Part shown: in pieces, positions 1-13,518 of the stretch | How positions within the stretch are numbered: the stretch's first letter is position 1 | How the letters are laid out: every line of letters starts with the position of its first letter | Assembly (NCBI GenBank): GCA_950097015.1 | Contig: CATNEN010000025.1 | Coordinates: 992,001 to 1,056,000, forward strand | Length of the DNA stretch: 64,000 nucleotides | Origin: Macrostomum hystrix | Lineage: Eukaryota > Animalia > Platyhelminthes | Direction: 5' to 3' | Translations under genes and position numbers: made by a program | Notes under the pieces: generated by a model | Told to the model about the DNA's origin: nothing | The model's input: the letters and a program-made list of their open reading frames with translations, nothing else | The model's database searches: none

Positions 1-257
1 GAGCCAACGCTTCGACCTGATTCCATCTCCGAGCCACTTCTTGTCTATTTGCTCAATATCATCGGCGGATGCATCATTATCTTCAGATGCTGCAAAATCT
101 AGCTGATGAACGACAGCCTAAAAAATTATATAAAATAAAGTTATGCAGACACCATTCTTTACAAGGTACGTATATTAATTGGTCGGAGGACGATGCAAGT
201 AAACATCTATAAAAACACTTACATAACTGTCCTGCCCAGAGGTGGCCCAGATTAGGT
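1..257 (-). CDS. Two candidate internal exons (223-257 and <1-117) of an unidentified minus-strand gene running off the window edge
   Basis: Minus strand: tttcag acceptor at 258, GTAAGT donor at 222, 105-nt intron, ttttttag acceptor at 118. The phases join into an open frame LIWATSGQDSY-AVVHQLDFAASEDNDASADDIEQIDKKWLGDGIRSKRWL. No family recognised. Confidence 0.5.
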
Positions 258-484
258 CTGAAAATTTGGTATGAAATATTTGGTATTAAAATATTTGAAA
301 CTGCAGTATCAGACTCAGTTTCAGATTTAGTCATATTCGGTGATCTAAACGGTAGAGAGACGACAGGGGAATTTCAAAAACACACATTCGTAAAAGGTTC
401 ATCGTAAAAGGTTGAAAATTCTTATCTTTTTTGTAGACTTTCACGAAAATCGGTCATACCCTTAGCGTATAGGGTATGAATTTG

Positions 485-600
485 GTTCGAGTGTGGCGGC
501 ATCCCCAGTCCATGGACTGAACAGCTGTTCACGGCCTCTAGCTGCGGCTGTGCAACTAGCAGTACATCTGGTGCAGCGGGCTAGGTGTCATTTGTACTTT
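485..600 (+). mobile_element. 3' fragment of tRNA-derived SINE family A
   Basis: Shares CCCCAGTCCATGGACTGAA...TAGCTGCG.CTGTGC...ACATCTG...GG..AGGTGT with the copies at 2035-2290 and 51013-51285. Confidence 0.6.
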
Positions 601-741
601 TAGATATGTCTATCTTCACTAGCTTGTCGATGCTTCAACTAATTCTATGAAATAACAACGAGAGATTTGCAAACAGGCAGATTAAGCAAATAATAATTAT
701 TTAATCATACTCATTCGCTTCAAAAGTGATCAGTTTTTAGT

Positions 742-1222
742 GTGACATCAGAGAGGGAGAGGGAGAGAGGGAAAGAAGGAGATGGATTGAGATGTAGAGA
801 TGTAGAGAGGTTGAGATGTAGAGATGTAGAGAGGGAGAGAGGTAGAGAGGTAGAGATGTAGAGAGGGAGAGAGGGAGAGAGGTTGGGAGGTAGAGAGGGA
901 GAGAGGTAGAGATGTAGAGAGGGAGAGAGGGAGAGAGGGAAAGAGGTAGAGAGGTAGAGATGTAGAGAGGGAGAGAGGGAGAGAGGGAGAGAGGTAGAGA
1001 GGGAGAGAGGGAGAGAGGTAGAGATGTAGAGAGGGAGAGAGGGAGAGAGGGAGAGATGTAGAGAGGGAGAGAGGGAGAGAGGTAGAGAGGGAGAGAGGTA
1101 GAGATGTAGAGAGGGAGAGAGGGAGAGAGGGAGAGATGTAGAGAGGGAGAGAGGGAGAGAGGGAGAGAGGGAGAGAGGGAGAGATGTAGAGAGGGAGAGA
1201 GGGAGAGAGGGAGAGAGGCAGA
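742..1222. repeat. Purine-rich low-complexity array (GAGAGGGA / GATGTAGA 8-mers)
   Basis: Directly visible; explains the SLPLSLS ORF. Confidence 0.95.
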
Positions 1223-1954
1223 GGGTTGCTATCTGTTCGGGCCGAGAGACACGCTGTGGCAAAGTGAAGTCAGACAAGTAAGGGGGTGAGATTTAGGCAG
1301 GTGTGAGCAGTTTACGCACTTAAAACAAGACACGCGGAGAGGATGAGTTAGTAAGTAGACTCCGTGAATCAAAAGGTGAAAGCTGTGCTTTCCAGGAAAC
1401 CTGAAGCGCCATTTTCATTAGAGCTGCTCAGCAATGACAGCTTATTATTTGAAGTCGTTTGTCTTTCCGTCCACGAGTAGAAAGTGCTTCTCTAAAAGAT
1501 GATTGTTTTTTGATGAAAAAATCCCGTAAAACCGAATTACTTTCCTTGTTGGTTAGTCGTGTAACAGTTTTCTGAATGATGAACTGAGCTTTACGGCAGC
1601 TTTGTCTTTTTTTCATCAAGCTTTGATAGACTTAGTTCTCCGTTTCCTTCAACTAGAAACGGGACACACAAGCAAAGTCGAGCTGTAAAGCTGTTCAAGT
1701 CAGTCTCCGCGAGACCCAGCCATTGCGTGAGCGAGAGTCCAGATCCGTGTAAGAATTTCAAAGACAGCGACCTAGCAACTGGACAATGAATTATGAAGGA
1801 TGCGAGCACGCGACTACGCTGGCACTGGGGCTCCGCACTGATTGGAATTATTCCTTTGTTTGTCTGCTTCTGCTATTCCTTTTGAATTAGCTCGCAGATT
1901 GGTAAATAAGTAAGTCTTTGTGAATAAAAAAAAGCAAAATTTAGTATTCTCAAG

Positions 1955-2030
1955 GTCGCGTGTGTGAGTGTGTGCTCAGGAGTCAGCGAAATGGTCAGAA
2001 TCGCCCCCTCGCTGGCTGCGGGTCTAGTAT
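1955..2030 (-). mobile_element. Fragment of dispersed element B (hairpin core)
   Basis: GTGTGTGCTCAGGAGTCAGCGAAAT...CCTCGCTGGCTGCGGGTCTAGT is nearly identical to 12200-12260; it abuts the tail of the SINE at 2035. Confidence 0.75.
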
Positions 2031-2034
2031 AATA

Positions 2035-2290
2035 ATATTATTATTAATACAATACTTGATTACACCTGTCCCAATAGGGTCAGATGTGTAGCCGATAGCA
2101 CAGGCGCAGCTATTGCTTGGCGCATCTGAAAGCTGCGTACGGCTATTCAGTCCATGGACTGGGGGCATGCCTCACACAACCTCAATACACCCAGATGCTG
2201 GCATCTATTTAACATCCATTTAACAGTCGGGACTCGAACCCGCGACCTTCAAGTCGTGAGTCCGACGCTTGAAGCGCTGGGCTACAAGGC
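2035..2290 (-). mobile_element. tRNA-derived SINE family A, internally deleted copy
   Basis: Minus strand: GCCTTGTAGCCCAGCG (A-box-like)...GGTTCGAGTCCC (B-box), then CTGTTAAATGG, CCAGTCCATGGACTG and an AT-rich tail. Colinear with 51013-51285. Confidence 0.7.
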
Positions 2291-2804
2291 CTCAGTGAAG
2301 TTAAGTTTAAGAAATAAAAGATCCTTACGGCTTTTAGAAACCAGAAGCAGTGCCAACAGCAGCAAAAGGGGTTGTCGCAGCATTCTCTCTAGCTTTGCAG
2401 TCAGCAGCAGGTGGAGATATAGGAACAACTTTATTCGATGCTGCGTTCTGATAAACGGGCCACTTAAGCGTTAGGCTTGCGACCTAGCGCCTAATTGTTT
2501 TATATCCAATGCTCAGCTATTGACAATCTCAACTGTGATTGGTCGAGAGCCGTAATATTGGGCAGCTCCCGTCGCCAATGACTCTGCATCTCAGCCCATG
2601 GGACTCTAGTCCAATTTTAAGATAGACGTCTCACGTACTCATGGATGGTCTGAAAGTCTCACCCCTTAACAGCTCACAGCCTTCGTCTCAAAATCTCGTC
2701 CCTTGCGGTTGCAAAGTCTCACCTTTTCATTAGTTCCAAAGTCTGAAACTCTGCATCTCAAAAAGATTTCCTAGCATCGTCTCAAAATACCATCATGTCA
2801 AGGT

Positions 2805-3540
2805 CTCAAAATCTCATTCTAATCATGGTCTCAAAATCTCATTCTAATCATGGTCTCAAAATCTCATTCTATCAAGGTCTCAAAATCTCATTCTAATCAT
2901 GGTCTCAAAATCTCATTCTATCATGGTCTCAAAATCTCATTCTAATCATGGTCTCAAAATCTCATTCTAATTATGGTCTCAAAATCTCATTCTAATCAAG
3001 GTCTCAAAATCTCACTCTATCATGGTCTCAAAATCTCATTCTAATTATGGTCTCAAAATCTCATTCTAATCATGGTCTCAAAATCTCATTCTAATCATGG
3101 TCTCAAAATCTCATTCTATCATGGTCTCAAAATCTCATTCTATCATGGTCTCAAAATCTCATTCTATCAAGGTCTCAAACTCTCATTCTAATCATGGTCT
3201 CAAAATCTCATTCTAACCATGGTCTCAAAATCTCTTTCTAATCATGGTCTTACAATCTCATTCTATCAAGGTCTCAAAATCTCACTCTATCATGGTCTCA
3301 AAATCTCATTCTAATCATGGTCTCAAAATCTCATTCTAATCATGGTCTCAAAATCTCATTCTAATCATGGTCTCAAAATCTCATGCCAACATGGTCTCAA
3401 AATCTCATTCTAATCATGGTCTCAAAATCTCATGCCAACATGGTCTCAAAATCTCATTCTAATCATGGTCTCAAAATCTCATGCCAACATGGTCTCAAAA
3501 TCTCCTCCTATCACGGTCTCAAAATACCAGCATATCAAGG
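2805..3540. repeat. 24-25-bp minisatellite ATCATGGTCTCAAAATCTCATTCT(A)
   Basis: About 28 units, with degenerate units extending back to about 2620. Confidence 0.95.
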
Positions 3541-3924
3541 TCTCGAAATCCTATCCTGCTTGGGTCTCGAGGTCTCTCCATTATTTATTCTCAAGGGCAT
3601 TTTAATTTTAAGCAAATGACTTGTTGAAAAGTGTGCACTCATCCTTTGATAATTTTTTAACCCGCATCGATTTTTTCCGCTTTTTAGATTTCCAGACGAA
3701 GCCTCAAGCTTTTTTAAATCAGATTTCGTTTTCAAAAAAAGTGCCAATGAATTTGAAAATAAAAACAACTCAAGTGGCACCTTATTTGAATAGATTTAGG
3801 GCTGGTGCCGAAGATAAATTTCATTTATTGTCTGCTTCATTCCCAGACACGTCAATCGCTAATCGCTTTGACAATGCACTCAATTGTTAGACAATTCACC
3901 CACCTGTAGGAAAATTGCGAACTG

Positions 3925-4648
3925 TTAGACAGACCACCCACCTGTTAGACAGACCACCCACTTGTTAGACAGACCACCCACTTGTTAGACAGACCACCCA
4001 CTTGTTAGACAGACCACCCACTTGTTAGACAGACCACCCACTTGTTAGACAGACATTGGTAGAAAATTAGTAGACTGTTAGTAGACAATTCACTCACCTG
4101 TTAGATAATTCACTCACCTGTTAGATAATTCACTCACCTGTTAGATAATTCACTCACCTGTTAGATAATTCACTCACCTGTTAGATAATTCACTCACCTG
4201 TTAGATAATTCACTCACCTGTTAGATAATTCACTCACCCGTTAGATAATTCACTCACCTGTTAGATAATTCACTCACCTGTTAGATAATTCACTCACCCG
4301 TTAGATAATTCACTCACATGTTAGACAACTCACTCACCTGTTAGACAATTCACTCAACTGTTAGACAATTCACTCACATGTTAGACAATTCACTCACCTT
4401 TTAGACAATTCACTTACCTGTTAGACAATTCATTCACCTGTTAGACAATTCACTCAACTGTTAGACAATTCACTCAACTGTTAGACAATTCACTCAACTG
4501 TTAGACAATTCACTCACCTGTTAGACAATTCACTCAACTGTTAGACAATTCACTCAACTGTTAGACAATTCACTCACCTGTTAGACAATTCACTCAACTG
4601 TTAGACAATTCACTCACCTGTTAGACAATTCACTCACCTGTTAGACCT
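3925..4648. repeat. 20-bp minisatellites (TTGTTAGACAGACCACCCAC, then CTGTTAGACAATTCACTCAC)
   Basis: Two related 20-mer blocks; a 1.5-unit outlier lies at 6947-6978. Confidence 0.95.
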
Positions 4649-5309
4649 GCCAAATATGCTGCTAAACTGAGCCCGCAGATAAAAAAGTTAGCCTAAAGAA
4701 TCACATTTACACAGAAACATAATATTAACAAATTTGTTAGCTTGTTTCATGCCCCAGGCAAACAGAAGAGAAAAAGCTGCGAGTTCAGCGGAAGAACATT
4801 TTTAAACTTGCTCTGAGATGAAAAAACACGCGTTAGGCAGAAACCATACACACCCGCATTCAGTCCCCAATGGCAGTGAAAGGTTTCACAAAAAGTAAGA
4901 CCAAATTTGTGAGACTAAGACCATCGCTTGCAGCATGCGAGGACTGCTCATTGTTTAATACCCACATGGCTGATGCTGCCCCTGGTTAATATCGAATTGA
5001 CTTCCAGCTTGCCATGCTCTAGTTTTTAGCAGAATACTGCATGTCACTTACTCACCTTTTGTACTTTTTCTCACTGTCAGAAACAGCCATTTAGGAAACG
5101 CAGTTAAAAATGACAAGTTAGTGATGTGAGTTTTTACACTTTTAGCTATTTTACTAGCAACAAAGACCCCCTTTGGGGGGAAGAAGATCACGCTTAACAA
5201 TAATTTATGCTACACCCTCGACAATTCATGCTTCCCCTCGATAATTCATGCTTTCCCTTCGATAATTCATGCTTTCCCTTCGATAATTCAATCTTTCCTG
5301 TCTCAATCT

Positions 5310-6460
5310 GTCAGTGAGAGATACGATGTGATATTTGAGAGTCAGTGAGAGACGAGATGTGATATTTGAGAGCCGGTGAGAGATGCGATGTGATATTTGA
5401 GAGTCAGTGAGAGACGAGATGTGATATTTGAGAGCCGGTGAGAGACGAGATGTGATATTTGAGAGTCAATGAGAGACGAGATGTGATATTTGAGAGCCGG
5501 TGAGAGACGAGATGTGATATTTGAGAGTCAGTGAGAGACGAGATGTGATATTTGAGAGTCAGTGAGAGACGAGATGTGATATTTGAGAGCCGGTGAGAGA
5601 TGCGATGTGATATTTGAGAGTCAGTGAGAGACGAGATGTGATATTTGAGAGCCGGTGAGAGACGAGATGTGATATTTGAGAGTCAATGAGAGACGAGATG
5701 TGATATTTGAGAGCCGGTGAGAGACGAGATGTGATATTTGAGAGTCAGTGAGAGACGAGATGTGATATTTGAGAGTCAGTGAGAGACGAGATGTGATATT
5801 TGAGAGCCGGTGAGAGATGCGATGTGATATTTGAGAGCCGGTGAGAGACGAGATGTGATATTTGAGAGTCAGTGAGAGACGAGATGTGATATTTGAGAGC
5901 CGGTGAGAGATGCGATGTGATATTTGAGAGCCGGTGAGAGACGAGATGTGATATTTGAGAGTCAGTGAGAGACGAGATGTGATATTTGAGAGCCGGTGAG
6001 AGATGCGATGTGATATTTGAGAGCCGGTGAGAGATGCGATGTGATATTTGAGAGTCAGTGAGAGACGAGATGTGATATTTGAGAGCCGGTGAGAGACGAG
6101 ATGTGATATTTGAGAGTCAATGAGAGACGAGATGTGATATTTGAGAGCCGGTGAGAGACGAGATGTGATATTTGAGAGTCAGTGAGAGACGAGATGTGAT
6201 ATTTGAGAGCCGGTGAGAGACGAGATGTGATATTTGAGAGCCGGTGAGAGACGAGATGTGATATTTGAGAGCCGGTGAGAGACGAGATGTGATATTTGAG
6301 AGCCGGTGAGAGATGACACGGATGCAATATCCTGAGAGACGAGATGTGATATTTGAGAGCCGGTGAGAGACTAGATGTGATATTTGAGAGCCGGTGAGAG
6401 ACGAGATGTGATATTTGAGAGCCGGTGAGAGATGACACGGATGCAATATCCTGAGAGACG
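5310..6460. repeat. 31-bp minisatellite GAGAGACGAGATGTGATATTTGAGAGCCGGT
   Basis: About 37 units; preceded by a short 21-mer repeat at 5217-5298. Confidence 0.95.
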
Positions 6461-8989
6461 AACGGAGAGCAATGTAAAAAAACAAGCTAAATTTAACACT
6501 TCGAAGACACTTTTGACTGACAGGCAGATAAGAAACAGGATGAAAAGATCACCGAAGATGTCCTAGCTGGTTAAAACCAGTGTTCTCACAGAGAATTCCC
6601 AGCCCAAGTTCAGCTGGAATCCAATAAAAGTTCCGAAACTAGCTTACCTAGACGCAATAGTCTCACTTGACCAAATAATTCAGTGATGGCGATAGCAATG
6701 CTTATTTATTGGCCGAAGCCACCCAGCAACCCGACAGTGGTGCGCCTAGGAAGAACGCTTGTCAAGAAATTAAATTTTCCTAAGTCAGAAGAAGAATCTC
6801 AGATTTGAAAGCCTGTGTTCGTGCCTTATCTGGCTTCAGGTAGGCCGGGTAGGTAGGTAGCTGTATTAACTAGTCTCAATTTACAGATAAGTTCATGTGC
6901 GGGTGGTAGATCGTGCCAAGGCCATAGACAATCAGTGTGCAACTCAGTTAGACAATTCACTCAACTGTTAGACAATTTACTAACTAGAGTGGCTTCCTAG
7001 ACACTCTGTGGAGTTTGTCAGCGCGTGAAGAAAGTTGGCCATAGACTGCTTGCTCTATGTCATTCTGTCACTTTTTTTATTCGACCTGTCGGTGCTAAAC
7101 GGCAAGCTGTTCCGAGCCACTCCAGAATAAAAAAATACGGTGAAACAGAAAATGTTGCAGAGATTCCCAGCTTTCATTTGCACTAATTTTCATTTGAATC
7201 GAATGGAAATTATGGATACTAGAAGCAACAGAAGCAACCGTACAAGAACTTTTGTTAGACAGTATATATAGTTTTCCTTTTTAATATAACTACTAGACAA
7301 GAACAAGAATTGATGATGATGATGATTGAGATTGCTGAATGATATATATAGTTCTCATTTTTAATATAATTGATTGAAAGTGATGGCAGTCTAAGCAGTT
7401 TAATATAGCCAGATTCAATTAGAAAAGCAATATTCGCACTCGCTAAGAATAGTCGTGTCTCATTCAATATGTTACCTACCAACTAGCTGTTTATGTCTTT
7501 GAAGAAATTGTTGAAACACTACAAACAAAGAATGGACACAAAACACGAACAAAGTTGGCGGTCAATTTAAGACAGACGGTTAAAGTTTGACATGTATGTT
7601 AACGTAATAAAATGAGTTCGCTTTAATCTTTAAAGAGAGAGAACAGCCCTTAAAATATGTGACCCATAATGCCGCGTCGAATGAGACGCTAAAAGCCGAG
7701 GTAAAACAATAGTGTAGGACAGGACATGTGCAAGTGATTTGCCTATTTACAAGGCTATCAAATTGTCAATTAGGCTTATACAGACCTAATAATACAGTCG
7801 ATTTTTAATTGAGAGGCTTATGTAAATTGACATAATTGTCATAATGGAACACAATATGACATAAAAAAAACAATTTTTATTGGCCCCTTGCATACCTTCA
7901 TTCTTGATTTACCTTCTGATTATGATTGAAGAGAACAGCTAAATATTAATTAACACCAGACAATCGGACAGGTACGCCAAGGCGTAAACAGAACATAGAG
8001 TAAGAAAGCAAATAAGCTACTGATATTTTCGCGTAAACTAAGTAGTATAAAGGTACATATAATATTAGGCAAGAAAATCTGCTTCATTCACATTTCCATT
8101 AATAAAACCGCATGATTTTCCTCGCATTTCTACTTGCTAAGTAGCTTGAGCGCATATTCTGGGTAATAAGCGTTTGATTTCAATCTCCGTGACTTTCACG
8201 CAAAACGGGGCAAATTGAATATAAAAAAGCAAATAGCATTCATTGTTAAGAAGCAGTTAAAAATAAAACAATTACAAGTAAAACAATATTTAATTAAAAG
8301 AAAGTGCAAACTTTTAATCTAAAATTTTACAATTACGCTCGTATAATTACTGAACAAAAAATACACATTTAGCATTATACTAAACACTTAAAGAGTGGGG
8401 TTAGGAAAATAGATGTAGGCGCAGATAGAGAAGAAATTTAAAAGGTTCAATGAGAGTAGGAAGATGTAGAGAGTTGAGAAAAACGGCACAGATGTAGGGA
8501 TATAGGGATGTAGGGTTACAAGAGAGATAAAGAAAGGGATTTAAATAAAGAAATGTTTCATAGGAGATATTGGAGTGTAGTAGAGACAGAAACTCAAATA
8601 TGTTAAGCGACACCAATCTGCATGCAGATTTAGGACAAGCAAGTGCACATGCCGTTCAGCAGCTAACGAGTTTGTAATATGAAACAGGGCGAAATGCTGA
8701 GGGACGACATCAATATGATAATAAGCAAGCAGGCGGGGATTAAGTGAGTGATTGGTCAGAGAAGTCACATAAATCTATAAGTACATATACAACTGCTTAC
8801 ACAGCTTGTCAGTGGGGTATTGGGGGAAATCAGCGCTTAGTTACAAGGAGACTGAACAATCAGCCAAGTTTTTAGCACTTGCCATTTATCACTTTTGTAG
8901 CTAACAAGGACTTCTTAGATCTGGCACCTGGGCTGGAAACTGAACAAACCTAATCTCCCATGTGTCATTTCTTCCTAGTCTCATTGCTC

Positions 8990-9572
8990 CCGTGTCTGCC
9001 CTCTCCCGTGTCTCATCTATCTGGTGTCTCATCTCTACCGTGTCTAATCTCTACCGTGTCTAATCTCTGCCGTGTTTTATTTCCCCAGTGTCTCATCTCT
9101 GCCGTGTTTTATCTCTACCGTGACTCATCTCTCCCGTGACTCATCTCTCCCGTGACTCATCTCTCCCGTGTCTCATCTCTCCCGTGTCTCATCTCTCCCG
9201 TGTCTTAATCTCTGCCGTGTCTCATCTCTCCCGTGTCTCATCTCTCCCGTGTCTCATCTCTACCGTGTCTAATCTCTACCGTGTCTAATCTCTGCCGTGT
9301 TTTATTTCCCCAGTGTCTCATCTCTGCCGTGTTTTATCTCTACCGTGACTCATCTCTCCCGTGTCTCATCTCTCCCGTGTCTCATCTCTCCCGTGTCTTA
9401 ATCTCTCCCGTGTCTCATCTCTCCCGTGTCTTAATCTCTGCCGTGTCTCATCTCTCCCGTGTCTTAATCTCTGCCGTGTTTTATTTCCCCAGCGTCTCAT
9501 CTCACCCGTGTCTCATCTCTCCCGTGTCTCATCTCTCCAGCGTCTCATTTCCCCAGTGTCTCATCTATCCCG
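8990..9572. repeat. 17-18-bp minisatellite CTCCCGTGTCTCATCT just beyond the TULP4 stop
   Basis: Directly visible; same unit family as 34985-35508. Confidence 0.95.
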
Positions 9573-9674
9573 TTTAGCATGTATATAGACTTGCAGCATT
9601 TCTAGTCCCTATACTATTTCCAAAAGTCATTGCTAACAAGCACGGCTGGTAGATATAAAAAACGCAGCCAGCTG

Positions 9675-12600
9675 TCACTTAAGCCGCTGGGTTAGGTTTG
9701 CCAAAGCCAATCCGAAGGCTTGCACTGGCGAGAAGGGCGCCTGAAAGTCTAGAGAGAATCTGGAGTCAGATGTTTTGCCAAACTGCAGCACCTGCTGGCC
9801 GTCCAGTTCGAGTTGGAAATTCTTTGCCGATTGAAGACTGACACGCCCGTGAAAGTCCAGTTGATAGACGTGATTGGCTTCGTTCCAATTCGGCTCTTTG
9901 TTAGTCATGACAAAGACTCGCGGTCCAGGCGGCGAAGCGGCGGCGGCCGACATCGTGGAAGCCGCCTGACCAGACGAGTCGCCAATTCGACGCTGGCGAA
10001 GTCGGCGAGTCGCTCCAGATGCTGGACGCTGAGACGAAGCCGGCACAGCGGAGGCCGAGGCAACTACGGATGACGCAACCGCAGCAGCGGCCGCAGCCGC
10101 CGATGCCGCCGTAGCAGCCGACGAGACTGAAGGTGTACTCGGAGCCGATTGTCGAACAACCGGTTGGTTGGCCTTGTTGATGACCGCCGATGACGCGCCA
10201 ACGACAACGGCGCTACTAATAGTAGTAGGATCCTCTTCGTCCTCGGAGTCGATGTGTCGCAAATCGGACAGGCTACTGGCGCCGCCGGAGCCGACGCCGC
10301 CGCGAGGCGTTAACGGTGGCGAATTGTCGCTAAACACCCGACCATGTCGGCGCGGATTGACTGGCGGCTGCTGATGCTGATGCAGTCGAGAATGCTGATG
10401 ATGCGAACCGTTAGAGTCGCTGGAGTGATTCGCCAACGATGATGGAAATACAGAGCCAGCCGTGGTGGCAGGGCCGGTAGGGTGCACAGACGAGGGGCCG
10501 AGCTCCACCAATCGGAGGGTGAGTCGCCGCGGCTCCATATGCAGGAAAGAGGTTCGATAGTCGACAGATCCGGCATCCTTGGGCAGGCAGGCCCGGAGGC
10601 CGACAAAGCTGAATCTGGTGCCCCACAGGTTGGCGGAGACCCGCAGCAGACCAGGACTAAGTTGTCGTTGCGGCTGCTGCGACGGCGGCGTCTGTGCTGC
10701 CGCCGAGGCGATTGTCGGATTCGTTGCGGCCTGCAGTCGACGACGCCGACGTCTGGCAGATTTAGGCGAGGCACAGCCAATATCAACCGGGCCCTCTTCT
10801 TCTTCATCGTTATTATCTTCGCCGATAATCGCGCCCTCCTGTCGATGACCAGTTGGCATTGAAGGAAAGTCGAAGGAGGTCACGGTGTCGCCCTGTTGCT
10901 GCTCGCACTCGCAGTCAATATCTGGCAGGTCGTCATCAGCGAATTCTGGATCCAGGATGAGAAAATCGGGTCGCAATTTGCCGCATCGTCGAGCTACAAG
11001 TAGGCGGACCAGGCCGCCAAGATACTCGAGCTGGAGCAGGTAGCGCAGGCCGATCTCATCCTGGGCGCGGCCGCATCTGCTCAGAGTACAGTGGAGTCTA
11101 GTTGGCGCGGGCCTGGAGCAGAACTCGCGAAGGCCGTCGGGTAGGCCAGTGGGCCCGACGCCCAACGGTGGCAGTACGCCGCGCAGGGTGTGCAGCCAGG
11201 CGAAGTCCACCAGACGGCGCAACGCCGCGGGAGCACAGACGGTGGCCAACGCGCGCGGACAGGCTCTGGCGCACAGTTCGGTCAACGGGACCACCTGACT
11301 GCTGGCCCGCAAGGTGTACAAGCGCCTGCCAGCGGACACAAACAGCCTCCTATCCGAGTGAGCCCAGGCCAGGCCGAATTGTTGCGGATAGGGCGGCCTA
11401 AACGTGGCTGTGAAGCCGGGCACTCGGCAATGGTTCTCAGCCAGCTGGTTCCCGCGCTTATCGAAGACTAGGACCTTCAGCTGGGCGACGGGATCGTAGA
11501 TTGTCCAGCCGGCTACAGCGAGCCATTGGCCGTTGGCGCTCCATTGCACCCGGACACCCATTAGGCAGGTTATGATGCACACTTCCGGTTGGTCAGACTC
11601 GGACATTGGCCCGTTGTCATATATTTTAACCCGGCCATCGGCTAGTACAACGGCAAGTACGTGGCCGCGACAGTCGGCGTGCCGATCCTCTTCGGCTACA
11701 ACAGGGGGCCGGGAGTTGTGATGCCCGGCCACGGCGGCCGTTGCGGCGGCTGTAGCCGCAGCGGCTCTTGCGGCCGCATTGGCTGGGCCGCCGCCTAGGA
11801 GTTCGCGTCGAAATTTCGGACAATTCCATTCTAGGCCGGTGATGGCCACGTTGTTGGCGATGCGATGAAGCATCGGATGCTGGCCGGCGCTGTTGTAGGC
11901 CATGAGTTCGCCAGCCGCGGTGCCAACGAATACTGGCCAACGCGAGGAAAAGGGGTCACATATTTTGATCAGATCTTAAACCCAGGGTATAGAGGGTATG
12001 TGGCAGAGCGGTCTACCGCGTTTGCCTCTCGCACTAAGGTACCTGAGCTCGATACACGGCGAGGCCACATCGTGCAATTTACGCCCAAAAGAGCCAACCT
12101 CCAAGGAATAGTGAAAGTGTGCACTGCCTGAGGATGAGAAAGTCTGAGCAGATGTACACACCTGTGTTCTGCGTATGCCTGCGTACAGTATTTGTGTGCG
12201 TGTGTGCTCAGGAGTCAGCGAAATAGGCAAAATTGCCTCCTCGCTGGCTGCGGGTCTAGTGTCACCAAATGATGTGTCATTGCCTGAAGCCCTCCTGCAA
12301 TTGTTATCAATATTTAACCCCAGTCTATGAATCCCCTAGCTCACCTGAACAATCTCCAGGTGACCAGCAGATAGCGGTGATCCTAGGAGGGTTCGGATCG
12401 GCGTCTCCCAGCTCAACTAGAAATGACCAGAGCTGATGATCAGAGAAATTGCCGCAGAGCAGTAGGCCGTCTAGCGAGCCCATGAGAAAATTACTGCCAG
12501 ATCTGGACCAGCGAAAGCACACGCTGGCGCTGGGCCTATCGTTAATGAGCTCCAGGCTCCACCGCTGGCCATCCTCAGAGTTTAGCCAGACGTGCATAAC

Positions 12601-13518
12601 GCCAGCCGAGCAGCCTGTAACAAGCCGGCGTTGCACTTCATTCCATTCCACAATGCAGATGCCGGAGCCGGCGCCGGGTGCTGGCTCGCGGCCGTAGTCG
12701 TACAGATTGAAGTTAAGCCGCTCGCTGGCTTCACAATCTGGCAGAGACTGCTTCAAAGTGAGTTGGATTGGTTTGGGATATTAGAGAGAATGGTTGAGAA
12801 CAATACTGGCACTGCCATCGATGGCATAGATTATTATAAATCCCATCGATAGAAAACTTAATCAACGATAATCTTCAAATACAATTGATACGCGAGAAAT
12901 CCCATTGATACGCGAGAAGTCCCATTGATACGCGAGAAATCCCAGTGATTCACGAGAAATCCCAGTGATACGCGAGAAATCCCATTGATACGCGAGAAAT
13001 CCCATTGATTCGCGAGAAATCCTATTGATTCGCGAGAAATCCTAATGATTCGCGAGAAATCCCAGTGATTCTCAAGAAATCCGACTATTTCACAAGAAAT
13101 CCAATTCCACTAATTGGTTAGATCTTCCACTAATTCGCTAGAATTTCCACTAATTAGCTAGATCTTCCACTCATTGCCTAGAATTTCCACTAATTAGCTA
13201 AGAATGGCACTTATAGGCTAGAATTTTCACAAATTTGCTATATAGTATATAAATTACACTAATTGGCTAGATGTTCCAATTATTGGCTAGAAGTTCCCCT
13301 TATAGGCTAGAATTTCTACTTATTGGCTAGAATTCCCACCAATTGGCACTTACACTTTCAGCGGCACAGGTTTTAGTTATGCTAACAACACCATTGGCAT
13401 TGCCGCATGCTAGCCAGCCATCATCTGGCCTATCAGGATCCCAGTGAGGCATCCAAGACAGGTCAAGAATGTCCGAATCACTCTGGTGTAGGCGGGCTGT
13501 CTCCTCTAAGAGATGCAT
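9675..13518 (-). CDS. TULP4: Tubby-related protein 4 (WD40-like N-terminus, SOCS box, C-terminal tubby domain); exons 13354-13518, 12345-12747 and 9675-11932; about 941 aa
   Basis: MHLLEETARLHQSDSDILDLSW..GWLACGNANGVV matches the TULP4 start (SDSNILCLSW..GWLATGNGRGVV). RWSLELINDR, the spliced CWSPGDCS-VFVGTAAGEL, the SOCS-like VVPLTELCARA and the C-terminal NKEPNWNEANHVYQLDFHGRV..SAKNFQLE..QAFGLALANLTQRLK all match. GT-AG introns are in phase 0 and 1; total 2826 nt is in frame. A NAGNAG acceptor at 12748-12753 allows +1 Gln. Confidence 0.95.
12000..12302 (-). mobile_element. Dispersed element B, longest copy, filling most of TULP4 intron 2 in the sense orientation
   Basis: About 200 bp is highly similar to 42780-42985 and 46865-47035. 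The distal part (TGCGAGAGGCAAACGCG, CCGCTCTGCCAC) matches 35521-35555 and 47060-47074. Confidence 0.8.
12885..13345. repeat. Two short minisatellites in TULP4 intron 1 (20-mer CCCATTGATACGCGAGAAAT; about 24-mer with ATTGGCTAGA)
   Basis: Directly visible. Confidence 0.85.

Noticed and set aside
2015-2035. Helitron-type 3' end (hairpin then CTAG|T) for element B
   Set aside because: Homology stops after CTAGT only in this copy, where a SINE tail abuts. The copies at 12260-12302 and 42780-42825 continue about 45 bp further, so CTAG is not the terminus.
2226-2290. Possible tRNA gene on the minus strand
   Set aside because: The acceptor stem does not close and the sequence continues into a SINE body shared with other copies.
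9813-11940. Overlapping alternative-frame and antisense ORFs within TULP4 (likewise within TTLL4, ANKFN1 and the RBR gene)
   Set aside because: These are expected shadows of GC-rich coding sequence, with no recognisable motifs.
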